Shown here one piece after another: positions 1-11,784 of a stretch of 64,000 nucleotides of DNA; within the stretch, counting starts at the first letter, position 1, and each line of letters opens with the position of its first letter. The position numbers and the translations under genes were made by a program. Below the pieces are notes generated by a model. That model was not told the DNA's origin. It was given only the letters and a program-made list of their open reading frames with translations, and searched no databases. Location: contig NC_135760.1 of assembly GCF_052425735.1 (NCBI RefSeq), positions 3,782,001 through 3,846,000 of the forward strand. Reading direction: 5' to 3'. This DNA comes from Oculina patagonica. Lineage: Eukaryota.

Positions 1-488
1 GGAGTATATCACGATTCACCTTCTACTAAACTCGTCAACTACATATAGACGTTAAAGAGAAAACTTATGTTCCAAGCACAATATTGTTAGAAACTATATT
101 TTATATAACGCTAATAAAAGTGAATTTTTATGGAGTTTTATGTCTCCTATTCGCGACCGAGCCTTTCATTATAATAATGAGGAACATTTTAGCAAAGGAA
201 ACGAAAATAGAGTTTGATCACACATTAACGTTTTCCATACCTTTTAGATTATCTTGACAAGACTGTAAGCAGAACTATCTTGTAATTCCTCTTCTCATTT
301 GTTACTTGTGCTGCTTTCCCTGCCTACATGCTTGGTTCTGATGTTTCAAGAAGTCATCTTGGTGTTCCGCTTGGGTGTAAGAAGGGGCCAACGACGCTCG
401 TTGAGAAACGTTCTTATTATTAAAGGCTTAGAAAAATTGAAACTGGCAAGTAATAACGTTCAGCAAATGGAAAACTAAGTGAAACAGT

Positions 489-991
489 TGCCAAGGTAAA
501 GGCCAGATCGCGCGCAGGTAGCGAATCAGAGAGTAGCTCGTAGTTTTGTGGAGACAGCAAGGTATTCATGGAAGACTGAACTTGTTCCGACAAAATCTTC
601 AAGGTGGGGTGGGACGAAGAGGCCTTGGACAACTTTTCGGAGACGCTAGCGTGGAAAGCCTTCAGTACCTGCGTAAAAACAGGAAAGATATGAATAAGAC
701 ATAACAAGAATATTATAGTGCTGTTAGGAAATTTACTTGTACCAATCCAACATCGAGGCACATAAAAAGCAGATGTTTTGTTTAATGTCTAGCTTGAAGA
801 AACAAGTCTCTCTCTCACGTGCAAGATCGATTAAAGCTCCAATAACTGAGCTCAATAAAAAAGGAAAACTAAAACAGACAGAAACATTATTTCAGAAACT
901 TAGTATAGTTTACCTGTCCTTGACTTTTAAACACAGACCTCAGTACATCTAACGACAGAACATTCGTGGTTCCTTCCCAGATGGGCAAAAC
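489..991 (-). pseudogene. Acyl-CoA dehydrogenase (ACDH-11/AidB-like) pseudo-exon pair, copy A
   Basis: Exon 914-991 reads [26 protein letters not shown] (ACAD C-terminal IWEGT motif); its acceptor is AA where copy B has AG. Exon 489-668 reads VLKAFHASVSEKLSK...PARDLAFTLA and is truncated. Paralogous to 25871-27568. Confidence 0.8.
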
Positions 992-1949
992 TTTATAAAC
1001 AAAATAAGAGACAAAAAAGTTAACCACTAAAATAAATTGCCCTTATAAAACACACACACCTAGACACCTGTAAATTATAGAAACCCTACATTTATGTTGC
1101 CTAAATTAAAGAGGCTTGTCACGGCTAAGTTAAGTCTGTTTTATTATGTTTTATATTATAGTTGGCAGAGCTGCGCAATCAAACTCAGCATTCGAAAGTG
1201 CGCAACGTTTACCAACTAGAAGATAGTTACCAAGTTCTTTGGAAACCTTCTTTAATATTTTTTTATTAATGAGCATCAAAAATTTCCCTGATTAATAACA
1301 AATTTAAGCTATCATACTGTGACAGTACTCGAAATATCGAGTCTTGGAAAAGGACCCAGTCGCTAAAAGATATATATAACATTTAAAAACATCACACGGC
1401 TTAAACAAGGAAATTCATAAAATATAAAGATATTTAATGAATATAAGGAATGAGATATGAACATTATCAAGTTGTGCTCAGTCTACCACAGCCACCCCCA
1501 TAACAATTAAAATTATTTTAATTACAATTATTCTAATTATTATAATAATTCATTTATCGTTTATAAACACCAAATAAATCACGCCCTGAAGCACAATAGC
1601 GAAGCCCGCGAGTGACGTCACGACTCAGACAAACAAACCGAAATGGCGGACGATTTTCCTAAAACACATTCTAAAGCAGCCAGTATTCCTAAAACACTTT
1701 TATAAAACGAAAAACTTCGCCTAGATTCCTTCTTTTTCTCTCAGTACACGCTGGTGGTTTTTGAGCCTTGTGGCGGTTATTTTCATTTGCATAAAATTTT
1801 TAGACATCGCGCGCTTCGCTATTGATACGACACCGCTGCATTTGCCATTTTCCCAAACGAGTATTTCTTAAAATTGTTACAGTTCCAGATGCAACTTGTG
1901 TGACTGTAATTTTCAAACCAGAATGGTCTGAAGAAAGTTAGTTGCGGCA

Positions 1950-2040
1950 TAGCGTGACCGGGAGATGTTGACGACATTTCCTGTCACGCTAACTGTTTGC
2001 GTGATGTCTAACTCCAAAGTGATTTTATATTCAAATTTTG
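1950..2040 (+). promoter_or_regulatory. Conserved upstream module of BTB copy 1
   Basis: TAGCGTGAC..GTCACGCTA inverted pair, then TTGCGTGAT and TTTTATATTCAAATTTT; homologous modules precede copies 5, 9 and 12. Confidence 0.55.
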
Positions 2041-2147
2041 TAAGTTGCAGCTGTCTACAGACTGCAGTCTACTGTTGCCACCCAGTTTTCCGCGGAAACT
2101 ACGCTGCCTAGCAAACTGCAACATTCTTCGATCTAAAAACATAAACC

Positions 2148-3482
2148 ATGGCCGTCGTCGAGAAAAACTGGCAAACAACAAGACTCACCGTCAAAGAAAG
2201 ATGCAAGTTTATGATCAACAACGATCTCTTCAGCGATGTGAAATTTGTTGTTGTTTGCAAGACTGAGGGCGAACGTGAAAGTAGACATGCCGTGTTGCCA
2301 GCTCACAAGTTCGTGCTGTCAATTAGCAGTCCTGTGTTTGAAGCCATGTTTTACGGTGAGTTGGCGGAGACTGGAGACTCTATTGAACTGCCTGACTGTG
2401 AGTACGAGAGTCTGTTAGAGTTGTTTCGTTACATGTACAGCGATGAAGTGCAGTTAAGCGGAAGTAATGTGATGGGAGTTCTGTATTTGGCGAAGAAATA
2501 CATAGTGCCTTCATTAGCTGATAAATGCACGCAATATCTGCATAACAACTTAGATCCGTCGAATGTTTTCAGCATCTTACCATCTGCTCAGAGATATGAC
2601 GAGAAAGACCTGGTGGATCGTTGCTTGAAACTGATCGATGAACAAACAGAAGAGGCTGTAAAATCGGATGGATTTGCGGCAATTGAGAGGTCCTTACTTG
2701 AAGCAGTAGTCGTGAGAGACACTCTGACGATTCAAGAGATAGAGCTGTTTAAAGCGGTTAACTTGTGGGCAACAAGGGAATGCGAGAGACAAGGTTTAGC
2801 GGCAGATGGTGCAATGAAAAGAAAAATTCTTGGGGAAGAAATAATCAAAGGAATACGTTTCCCAACAATGAAACTGGAAGATTTCTCCAGTGTAGTCTTG
2901 GGCAGCGACATTTTAACAAAAAAAGAAATTGCAAGTATGACCAATTGTCTCGGTTCAGCGTCGAGTTTTCCAGTGAAATTTTCAGCAACAAAGAGACGTG
3001 GTTTTCAAGTTGATGGTGATATTCAACGATGTTGTAGATTTGGCTCACCGTCTGCTTGTGGATGGAGCTATACTGGCTCCACAGATGCTATCAGTTTCTC
3101 TGTGGACAAAGATATTGTGCTTCACGGAGTGTGCTTCTTTGGCAATGAGAATAAAGCTTACTCGGTAGACCTAAAGGTAGCTGATACCTTATCAGTTCTA
3201 GTGTCTAAAACTGGACAATTTTTTTCAGAGCTATTACAGGGAGAGAATTGCAGCTATTATGGTTTTAAAGTGAACTTTGACAAAGAGAAAGTCATTTTGA
3301 AGGAAAACACGAAGTACGACTTAAGGGCTAAAATATCAGGCTCTCCTTCGTTACGTGGAGTAAATTGTGTCAGTTCTGTTCAATGTTCAGATGTAACATT
3401 CACATTTATGACTAGTGACTACCCAAATTATGGAACGGATGTTAGTGAGGGCCAATTTCCAGAGTTGTTGTTTTCTCTTTAA
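2148..3482 (+). CDS. BTB/POZ-BACK-PHR protein (BTBD3/6-like), copy 1, 444 aa, single exon
   Basis: NWQ..RCKFM.NNDLFSDVKF, PAHKFVLSISSPVFEAMFYG, LYLAKKY (BTB); IELFKAV.LWA..EC.RQ and IRFPTM (BACK); RCCRF..DAISFSVDK..GQFPELLF (PHR). Confidence 0.95.
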   Translation: MAVVEKNWQTTRLTVKERCKFMINNDLFSDVKFVVVCKTEGERESRHAVLPAHKFVLSISSPVFEAMFYGELAETGDSIELPDCEYESLLELFRYMYSDEVQLSGSNVMGVLYLAKKYIVPSLADKCTQYLHNNLDPSNVFSILPSAQRYDEKDLVDRCLKLIDEQTEEAVKSDGFAAIERSLLEAVVVRDTLTIQEIELFKAVNLWATRECERQGLAADGAMKRKILGEEIIKGIRFPTMKLEDFSSVVLGSDILTKKEIASMTNCLGSASSFPVKFSATKRRGFQVDGDIQRCCRFGSPSACGWSYTGSTDAISFSVDKDIVLHGVCFFGNENKAYSVDLKVADTLSVLVSKTGQFFSELLQGENCSYYGFKVNFDKEKVILKENTKYDLRAKISGSPSLRGVNCVSSVQCSDVTFTFMTSDYPNYGTDVSEGQFPELLFSL

Positions 3483-4374
3483 ATAAACCTTGAACATTTC
3501 GTTTATCTATCACAGATCTTACCAAATGTCAGGTGTAGATACTCTTTTAATCAAACTACCGCGTCTTTTAAATCCTGGAGTAGAAAATGATTTTTTATTC
3601 CGAGGAAAGAAGGGTGGTTACATTGAAATAGTTTTAACGCCAAACTTAACTGAAGAATAAGCTTTTTGTTTGAATTTTCAGCAGGACACCATTTGCTCAA
3701 CTTTCTCGGAGAAACTCTTCAATTCCCAAAAGTGATAACAAATAAATTCGCCTTACAGTAATAGAAATGAGACGAGAAAAATGAACTAAGAAATATAACT
3801 TCATGTATGTACAAACAAGTTGTCCGAAACATACATTAGAAGCAAAAATGCGTGGACGTAAGCCCTTGTAAAATAACAAAACAGTACTGAAACTGTAGTG
3901 TTTTCTTGTTAGATATTTATATAAAAACTCTGATGCTTATAAATAAAACTACAATGATGAAATCATTTGGCTCGATCTATGCGTTTTAAGACATGAGCTC
4001 GGCTGAGAGAACACTCATGTCTTGCAACTGGGAAAATGTCACGCAAATATACTAATATCAGTCAAAGCTCATTTCTTCAATAATAAATGTATTATTACAT
4101 ACTCGTGTGAAGGAAAATAGGCTCCTGTTTTGTGATTGGACCCCCTTCTCCTTGTACCGCCCCGCTCAACTTGTCGTCATCTTATCCCCAAAACTATTGA
4201 CACAAACATTGTAAGAACCCTTTTTAAGAGAAACAGTGTCTGTTGTAAACAAGCGTTTCCTGCAAAATATATCGCCCTAACAATACGTTGCCTATGCGTG
4301 TGCAATAATTTTGATTTTTTTTTTCCGGTTTGTTTTTACATAATACCGCTTGGTTCGATTTTCAAACTCTCGGG

Positions 4375-4398
4375 GTCACGCCTAGTGTAGTGCGTGAC
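4375..4398 (+). promoter_or_regulatory. GTCACGC-N10-GCGTGAC palindrome upstream of copy 2
   Basis: Perfect 7-bp arms ~100 bp before the ATG; same motif at 31624-31647 before copy 7. Confidence 0.5.
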
Positions 4399-4494
4399 AA
4401 ATTCCATGTAAGTAATTACAGCGGGCTCAAGTTTCCACAAGAAATTCCATTATAATCAGTTTATATTGTAGCGTAGGATTTCACAACAGAAACC

Positions 4495-5832
4495 ATGTCT
4501 GTCGTCGAGGAAAACTGGCAAACTACAAGACCCACCATCATAGAAAGGAACAAGTTTATGTTCAACAACGATCTCTTCAGCGACGTGAAGTTTGTTGTTC
4601 GCAAGACTGATGGCGAAAGTGAAAGTAAACAAGTGATTCCAGCTCACAAGTTCGTGCTGTCGATTAGCAGTCCTGTGTTTGAAGCCATGTTTTACGGTGA
4701 TCTGGCGGAGTCTGGAGACTCTATTGAACTGCCTGACTGTGAGTACGATAACCTGTTGGAGTTGTTTCGTTACATGTATAGCGATGAAGTGCAGTTGAGC
4801 GGAAGCAATGTGATGGGAGTGTTGTATTTGGCAAAGAAATACATAGTGCCTTCACTGGCTGATAAATGCACGGAGTATTTGCAAGATAACTTAGATTCGT
4901 CGAATGTTTTCAGCATCTTGCCATCTGCTCGGAAATATGACGAAAAAAATCTTGTGGATCAATCCTGGAAAGTGATCGATAAACAGACAGAAGAGGCTGT
5001 AAAATCGGATGGATTTGCGACAATTGAGAGGTCCTTACTTGAAGCATTAGTCGTAAGAGACACTCTGACGATTGAAGAGATAGAGCTGTTTAAAGCTGTT
5101 GACTTGTGGGCAACAAAGAAATGTGAGAGGCAAGGTTTAGAGGAAGACGGAAAAGTGAAAAGAACAATTCTTGGAGAACAAATAATTAAAGGAATACGTT
5201 TCCCAACAATGAAACTGGAAGATTTCTCTAGTGTAGTGTTGCTCAGCGATATTTTAACGAAAAACGAAATTGCCAGTATTGTCAAAAGTCTCGGTTCACC
5301 GGCGAGTTCTCCAGTGGAATTTTCAGCAACAAAAAGACGTGGTTTTCAATTTTACGGTGATTTGCAACGATGCTGTAGATTTGGCTCACTTTTTAACAGT
5401 GTATGGACTGATAGTAGCTCCAATGTAGATGCCATCAGTTTCTCGGTGGACAAAGATATTGTTCTTCACGGAGTATGTTTATGTGGCAGTGGTAGTAATA
5501 TTTACTTTGTACAATTAGATATAATGGACTCAAAAAGCAAATTAATTTCCGTGTCTAAAACTGGACAATTTACTTCAGAGCTACTACAAGGAGAGAATTG
5601 CAACTATTATGGTTTTAAAGTGATATTTGACAAAAAGAAAATCGTTTTAAAGAAAAACACGAAGTATGACATAAGGGCTAAAATTTTAGCCTCTGTTCCA
5701 TGTTTTGGAGTGAACGGTGTCAGGTCTGTTCAGTGTTCAGGAGTTGCATTCTCATTTATGGACAGTAAATATTCAACTACTGAAACGGGCGTTACTCAGG
5801 GTCAGTTCCCCGAATTGTTGTTTTCTCTGTAA
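4495..5832 (+). CDS. BTB-BACK-PHR protein (BTBD3/6-like), copy 2, 445 aa
   Basis: Intact ORF with the same domain motifs; AAACCATG start context. Confidence 0.95.
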   Translation: MSVVEENWQTTRPTIIERNKFMFNNDLFSDVKFVVRKTDGESESKQVIPAHKFVLSISSPVFEAMFYGDLAESGDSIELPDCEYDNLLELFRYMYSDEVQLSGSNVMGVLYLAKKYIVPSLADKCTEYLQDNLDSSNVFSILPSARKYDEKNLVDQSWKVIDKQTEEAVKSDGFATIERSLLEALVVRDTLTIEEIELFKAVDLWATKKCERQGLEEDGKVKRTILGEQIIKGIRFPTMKLEDFSSVVLLSDILTKNEIASIVKSLGSPASSPVEFSATKRRGFQFYGDLQRCCRFGSLFNSVWTDSSSNVDAISFSVDKDIVLHGVCLCGSGSNIYFVQLDIMDSKSKLISVSKTGQFTSELLQGENCNYYGFKVIFDKKKIVLKKNTKYDIRAKILASVPCFGVNGVRSVQCSGVAFSFMDSKYSTTETGVTQGQFPELLFSL

Positions 5833-6673
5833 ATAAATATCCAACATTTTATCAATAAACATAGTTTAAACGCCACACTTTGAGAATGAGCTTTTAGATC
5901 GAATTCGTCTTAGGAGACCATTAATTGAACCTTCTCAGCTAAACTCTTCAATTCGCAAGAGTGATAAACAAATAATTTCCCCTTACAATAACAGAAATGT
6001 GAGCAGAATAATCAACTAGGGAATGTATCTTCATGTATGTACAAACAAGTTGCCAATATGGCGGTAAGCACTTCAGGGAAAATAACAGAACAGCAAAATG
6101 TGTGTTTTTTTAGACAAAAAAAAACTCTGATGCAACATATTGCTTATCAGTCTTATCAATTTGTTTCCCATTCATGGGGGCATTTTTATTGTTTTTGCAT
6201 TAGCTTTTCCTTTTGGAGTCTCTAAGTCTAAGGGTAATATTTTAGTGATTTTCGCAGCCTAACCTTCAAATCCCATAGGCAGTCAATAGGTAATTTCTCC
6301 TAACCAAACATATGATGAGAATTTAGAAAATCATCAACTAGGGACCAAATAGACAAGCATTAAGTTTCCCTTTGGATCAGCAATCAGTTAACTCAAATAA
6401 CAACTACAGTTGAATTATAGCATACTGCACTGAATATGCCCAAGTTGTGCTCAGTTTTGTTCTACGGATACAGAAAGTTTGTCATAACTTTTCCCTCTTT
6501 CTCTTTCATTGCAGCCAGAGGCACTCTCCTTTTCATAAACACAACACTATCATTTGATGTTTCCGTACCAGAAAAGTATTTCTTACTAACGTTAAAAAAC
6601 CTGTTAGTCTCTGTTTTTGTGTATGATTTTGAAAAGGAATGACCAGAAGAATTCGATTTTTAGCAATTTCGCG

Positions 6674-6723
6674 GTCACGCTTACTGAGTGCGTGATTTTG
6701 GTCACGCCAGCTGAGTGTGTGAC
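6674..6723 (+). promoter_or_regulatory. Double GTCACGC-N9-G(C/T)GTGA module (distal element of copy 3)
   Basis: Homologous to 34271-34316 (copy 8) and 48238-48258 (copy 10). Confidence 0.45.
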
Positions 6724-6829
6724 CACTTATTTCTATGACGTACAATACACGACAAGGACGCTAAAACACAGTATGTGTTATTGCGTTCCGGTCAGTCTTT
6801 TTTCAAAGCTACCGATGCTTGGTTAGCAA

Positions 6830-8559
6830 TAGCCTGCGAACCCAGACGCATTTCCGGCTGTCGCTTGTCTCCGCCGAAAAATAGCGTCTGCGAAACCGAG
6901 CCAGAGAATGATTTCTGTGACGTCACTTCAAGGTAACCAATCACAATTTACCTTGCATATCCGAAGAGGTGCCACGCGTGTAGTCTGCAAGAGCATTGCA
7001 CAATCGCGTGGAGAAGACAATGGCGAATGAGTTGGACACTGCACTTCGATGGGGAACGTGTTTCAGGTTAATGCTTTAACATACGTGAATTGGAAGAGAG
7101 AAGACGTACTCACTAATCTTTCGAATGGATTTGAGATCGGACATCAGTTATTTTCTAAGCATTGCCTGAGAGGAATATTTAGTATACTATTGTGATCGTC
7201 TTTTCGCCACTCGTATTAAAGTTGAATGAAGGACTAGCAGGTCAGCCTATTATCGTCGCTTGGCGTAAATGAAATAGCGCTGAATAACGATACATTGAAA
7301 ACCGAGAAAATAAGTATTGACAACAGCCGCTATTCGATCGTTTACGGATCACCAGAGTCTTGGATAGGTGAGCATGAGATAAATATCCGGTAGCAGCAGT
7401 CGTTGACGAGCCACATGTTACTTGTTTTGTTGGTAAGTTTATTTGATTGTATACTATCACCAGCGATTTCAAAACAAGTCATAAAATCAATCAGGAATTT
7501 TACGGTAAAATGCATGATCAACTGGAACCGTGCAGCCAAGAGAGCGATGGAAATCGAGCCTAGTTCCGGTGTTTTTGGGTCAATTGCGCTATTAAAATTA
7601 ATACTTCTGTTAACAGTACATTTACTAATAGACAAAACTACCCTGTACTGAAACTAGGAGGAAGATAATAAATAAAAACAATAAATAAATATTATTGGTC
7701 AGAGTTGTATTTTCAGTGTACTGTCTCTTCCGAAAGAGACGATTCGTTCGAGCGACTCGCTGACATTCGCCTCTACGCCGCGGTGTAGATATAAACATAA
7801 TTTTAGCTATCGCTGAAACCTGCAAAGGTTTATTGGTTTTCATTCTTTGGGACCAGTGTTTGAGTCTTCATGGTGCAAAGAAGGGCGCTAGAAAAGCAAA
7901 AGGGCCGGTTAAGAACTCGCAGGCATTGCAATGACGCTTGTCGCAACTTTTAATTTTTTGTGTAATTTCTCGAAACTGGTACAGCCGGAAATGCGTTTGG
8001 GTTCGCAGGCTACGAAAGGTGAAGATGAAACTCACCTGGTCGATTACCACCTCCTGTGTGTTGCTAGAATTTTTACCTATCTGCCGACAAAATGTCGGAC
8101 ATCAACCACAAAATCTTATTGGATTCCAAGCCCAATTTCGTCCAAGTTTTGCAGGGCGTTCTTTAATCGCAAGAGTCGGTCGGTCAGCTATTCACGGCCC
8201 ACGTAAACAGACAGATGTACATCTTTGGTTTTGCACTGAATGATTTAAAAATGAAAGTATGCCTTATACATAAACCGAATACAATAAATTCCTTTGCAAC
8301 TGAAAAAGTTTTTTTGCAAAGAAACAACTTTCTCCGGCGTAAGAAACCTTCGATGTTTGTCCAACAGCTCGAAACAGCGATGTCGCGAGGGAGCCGCGCG
8401 GTGTGCACTCGTGTTTTATTCTGTCGCGTAATCTGATTGGCCAAAGGGAAAACAAAAGATGCGACGCGTCACAGAAATCATTCTCTGGCTCGGTTTCGCA
8501 GACGCTATTTTTCGGCGGAGACAAGCGACAGCCGGAAATGCGTCTGGGTTCGCAGGCTA
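6830..8559. mobile_element. Non-autonomous AcademH-like DNA transposon
   Basis: 93-bp perfect TIRs (TAGCCTGCGAACC...), 9-bp TSD GGTTAGCAA (6821-6829 and 8560-8568), empty paralogous site near 34395, decayed RecQ helicase motifs at ~7100-7243. Confidence 0.85.
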
Positions 8560-8949
8560 GGTTAGCAACGGCTCCCAATTAATCATGCCGAGAGACAATC
8601 TTGATTTCCTGAATAAAGCTCTTAAAATTTCTTCCGTCTTTTCTTTTCTCCTCTTAGTCCATTAGACTTTTTTCCATCCTCTCTCGGTCACCTTGTTAAT
8701 TTTATCCTCAACGTTTCAAGCTACCACACGCTGTCTCGACTTGCCACTAACTTGTTATCAAGAAAACCACATGAAATCACGAAATCCAACAGCTTATCAC
8801 GAAGTCCAACAGTTTCAGTGTCTGCTTGACTCTCTTGGGTGATCAGTAAGCAGATAATAATGGCTAACCCGAGCTTGTGGAGGTACCACACATGTAAAAT
8901 TGTCCATCAGCGATAGAAAAAACTATAGCTTTAAGAACTGAAACTCAAC

Positions 8950-9022
8950 TAGCCTGCGTACCTCGCGCTTTGCGCTCGAACTCTACTTCTCCTTCCCCTT
9001 CGAACGCCGGCCACGCAGGCTA
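8950..9022. mobile_element. 73-bp TAG..CTA MITE (AcademH-like)
   Basis: TAGCCTGCGT..ACGCAGGCTA ends; degenerate 9-bp TSD AAACTCAAC/GAACCCAAC; empty site GAACTCAAC at ~56360. Confidence 0.7.
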
Positions 9023-9227
9023 GAACCCAACGGGAATGCAATATTTAGGTCACACGGATGCTAATACACCGATGAGGTTGTGACGTCGTAAACGCTGATT
9101 TACATAATTGTGAAACCATTAAGTACTTGCGTAACATAAAAATAAGAGGCTAAGCAAATTTTCCGCTTTGTGCGAAATATAATTTGCGCAACAATTTCTT
9201 GCTTTAAAAGATATCGATTCAGCAACC

Positions 9228-10559
9228 ATGTCTGTTGTCGAAGAAAGCTGGCAAACAACAAGACCCACCATCAGTGAAAGATGCAAGTTTATGTTCAACA
9301 ACGATCTCTTCAGCGATGTGAAGTTTGTTGTGCCAAAGGTCAATGAAGAAAATGAAAGTAAACAAGTGATTCCAGCTCACAAGTTCGTGCTTTCGATTAG
9401 CAGTCCTGTGTTTGAAGCCATGTTTAACGGTGAACTGGCGGAGACTGGAGACTCTATTGAACTGCCTGACTGTGAGTACGAGAGTCTGTTGGAGTTGTTC
9501 CGTTACATGTACTGCGATGAAGTGAACATAAACGGAAGTAATGTGATGGGAGTGTTGTATTTGGCAAAGAAATACATAGTGTCTTCACTGGCTGATAAAT
9601 GCACGAAATATGTACAAGATAATTTAGATCCGTCGAATATTTTCAGTATCCTGCCCTTTGTCCAGAAATACGAAGAAAAAACCTTGGTGGATCGATGCTG
9701 GAAAGTCATTGACGAAGAGACAGAAGAGGCTGTGAAATCAGATGGATTTGCGACAATTGAGAGGTCTTTACTTGAAGCTATAGTCGTAAGAGACACTCTG
9801 ACGATTGAAGAGATAGAGCTGTTTAAAGCTGTTGACTTGTGGGCGACAAAGGAAAGTGAATGGCAAGGTTTAGCGGCAGATGGTGCAATAAAAAGAAGAC
9901 TTCTCGGAGAAAAAGTGATTAAAGGAATACGCTTTCCAACAATGAAGCAAGAAGATTTCGCTAGCGTGGTACTGGACAGTAAACTGTTAATAACAGAAGA
10001 AATCGTCAATATTATCAAATATTTCAATTCAGTATCCACTTCTCCGGTAGGATTTCCAGAAACCAAAAGATCCGTGAACAGTGGTAATAATATACTACGA
10101 TGCTGTAGATTCGGCTCAGTGTCAGACCAAGCTTGCGGTTATGGTGACCGGAAGGATGCTATTAATTTCTCTGTAGACAAAGACATTGTACTATATGGAG
10201 TGTGCTTCTTTGGAAATCAAGAAAATGAACTTTTCTCAGTCGATTTGGAGGTGGTGGACGTCCAAGGTAAAAACGTCTTGATGTCAAATTCCGGAAGATT
10301 TTCCTCATCACTTCTACAGGCCGAGAAATGTAGTTATTATGGTTTTGAATTCTTACTTGAGAAGAAAATTATTCTAAGCAAAAACACCACGTACGGCATA
10401 AGGGTTTTCATATCAGGCTGTTCTTCGTTACGTGGAGTAAACTGTATCAGGTCTGTTCAATGTTCAGATGTAACATTCACATTTATGGACAGTGTGTACG
10501 CATGTAACGGAACGGATCTTAAACAGGGGCAATTTCCAGAATTATTGTTTTGCCTTTAA
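9228..10559 (+). CDS. BTB-BACK-PHR protein (BTBD3/6-like), copy 3, 443 aa
   Basis: Intact ORF; its PHR half is closest to copy 11. Confidence 0.95.
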   Translation: MSVVEESWQTTRPTISERCKFMFNNDLFSDVKFVVPKVNEENESKQVIPAHKFVLSISSPVFEAMFNGELAETGDSIELPDCEYESLLELFRYMYCDEVNINGSNVMGVLYLAKKYIVSSLADKCTKYVQDNLDPSNIFSILPFVQKYEEKTLVDRCWKVIDEETEEAVKSDGFATIERSLLEAIVVRDTLTIEEIELFKAVDLWATKESEWQGLAADGAIKRRLLGEKVIKGIRFPTMKQEDFASVVLDSKLLITEEIVNIIKYFNSVSTSPVGFPETKRSVNSGNNILRCCRFGSVSDQACGYGDRKDAINFSVDKDIVLYGVCFFGNQENELFSVDLEVVDVQGKNVLMSNSGRFSSSLLQAEKCSYYGFEFLLEKKIILSKNTTYGIRVFISGCSSLRGVNCIRSVQCSDVTFTFMDSVYACNGTDLKQGQFPELLFCL

Positions 10560-10980
10560 ATGAACACTGAACATTATGGATTGATCAAATAGAAGATAAG
10601 CATTAGGCCATCGAGACGTTTCAAGCTTGTTAAGACAAAGGAAAATGTAAACACTGATTTTAGTGCGAAAGATGACTTTCATTACTTTCGACTTGAAGAT
10701 AGAGAAAAAACGAAGAGAAGGCGGCTGCGTGTTGGTGGTGGTGGGGGGGGGGGGGGGGAATTGTATGCTATAATGCGCATACACGAAAAATGATATTGAG
10801 GAATTATCTTCAGAAATACAGAAAGAAGTTCAAAATCTAGCTTTTAAAAGACAGCAAAACTGCCTTTTTTTAGCCCAAAGGTTCAATATTGGCTACATAG
10901 CACTCAAAATTCCCCGATTTATTGTTAAGTGCTCAATATAAATTTTGTCACTCAAGGGGTAATTCGAAAAGTGCTCTATA

Positions 10981-11130
10981 TAGCCTGCCAGTAGACTCTT
11001 GTGTTTTCTTGTCTGGGTTTTACGTTGGCTTTTTTCGCGAGCGACTGAATTACGAGCCGGCAGGGATGTGGCTTGCGGCTTAAGCCTATCGCGCAAAACC
11101 CCAAACAATATATAGTCTATTCGCAGACTA
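10981..11130. mobile_element. Old TAG..CTA MITE (AcademH-like), shared with 60146-60286
   Basis: TAGCCTGC..GCAGACTA ends; TGTTCG(C/T)CA is seen on opposite flanks of the two paralogous copies. Confidence 0.55.
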
Positions 11131-11784
11131 TGTTCGTCACATTATCAAGCAGACTAGTGATGATGAGTGTTACGAAAATATACGATGTGGTTTGATGAAC
11201 TACTAAATTCTATGCACTGACATTTAAAGAAATGTATGGTGAACGGTATTGAGAATTGATATCTTGAGCTTGGAACTGAAGTCGTACTGTATAGCAGTGG
11301 TCATGATTTGACTTCAGTGCACTTTTGTCCAGAAATTCACTGAGAAATAAATTCAACGACAATACGAAAAAATTAAAGAAAATCCGTATTTTTTGTTGCT
11401 CCACAAAACTTAAAAAGTGAAAATTCCTAGTTCTGATAACACTGCGAAAAAAAAAAATAAAAAAAAAATAAAACGAAAAATAAAATATCGTGGAGGTAGA
11501 AAAGGATTACACATATAACGAAAATCACAATATGTGGTGTTGCTTTCTTCTATTTTAAAGCGATATGCAAAAACTTGCATTGCCCTGTCCAGTTCACGAT
11601 TTAACCCCTAGCGGACGGAGGTGGAGGGTTTTTTTTCTACAAAACCTCTACCGAGATAAACGTTTTTGCTTCATACATTTATTTATTACGTCGAACCAAA
11701 CAAAACTATGAATGTTTTGACATAAGAGTCTCTGTAACATTATTTGGTGCAAAGAAACATTCAAATTGTCTTCTTTCTGATAAG

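Noticed and set aside
420-761. 113-aa and 114-aa minus-strand ORFs (also 25797-26141) as standalone genes
   Set aside because: Each is a single dehydrogenase pseudo-exon extended into intron sequence.
2980-3482. Diversity-generating retroelement or shufflon explanation for PHR variability
   Set aside because: No template/variable repeat pair, no apparent adenine-restricted variation, no intact RT or recombinase, and all copies share one orientation.
9503-10066. Recurrent antisense ORFs over the BACK region (also 2732, 4959, 19156, 35797, 58801, 62179)
   Set aside because: Shadows of the conserved sense coding sequence, with variable starts and ends and no independent motif.
10735-10758. Poly-G tract as a functional G-quadruplex
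   Set aside because: Not conserved at the paralogous position downstream of copy 11; simple repeat.
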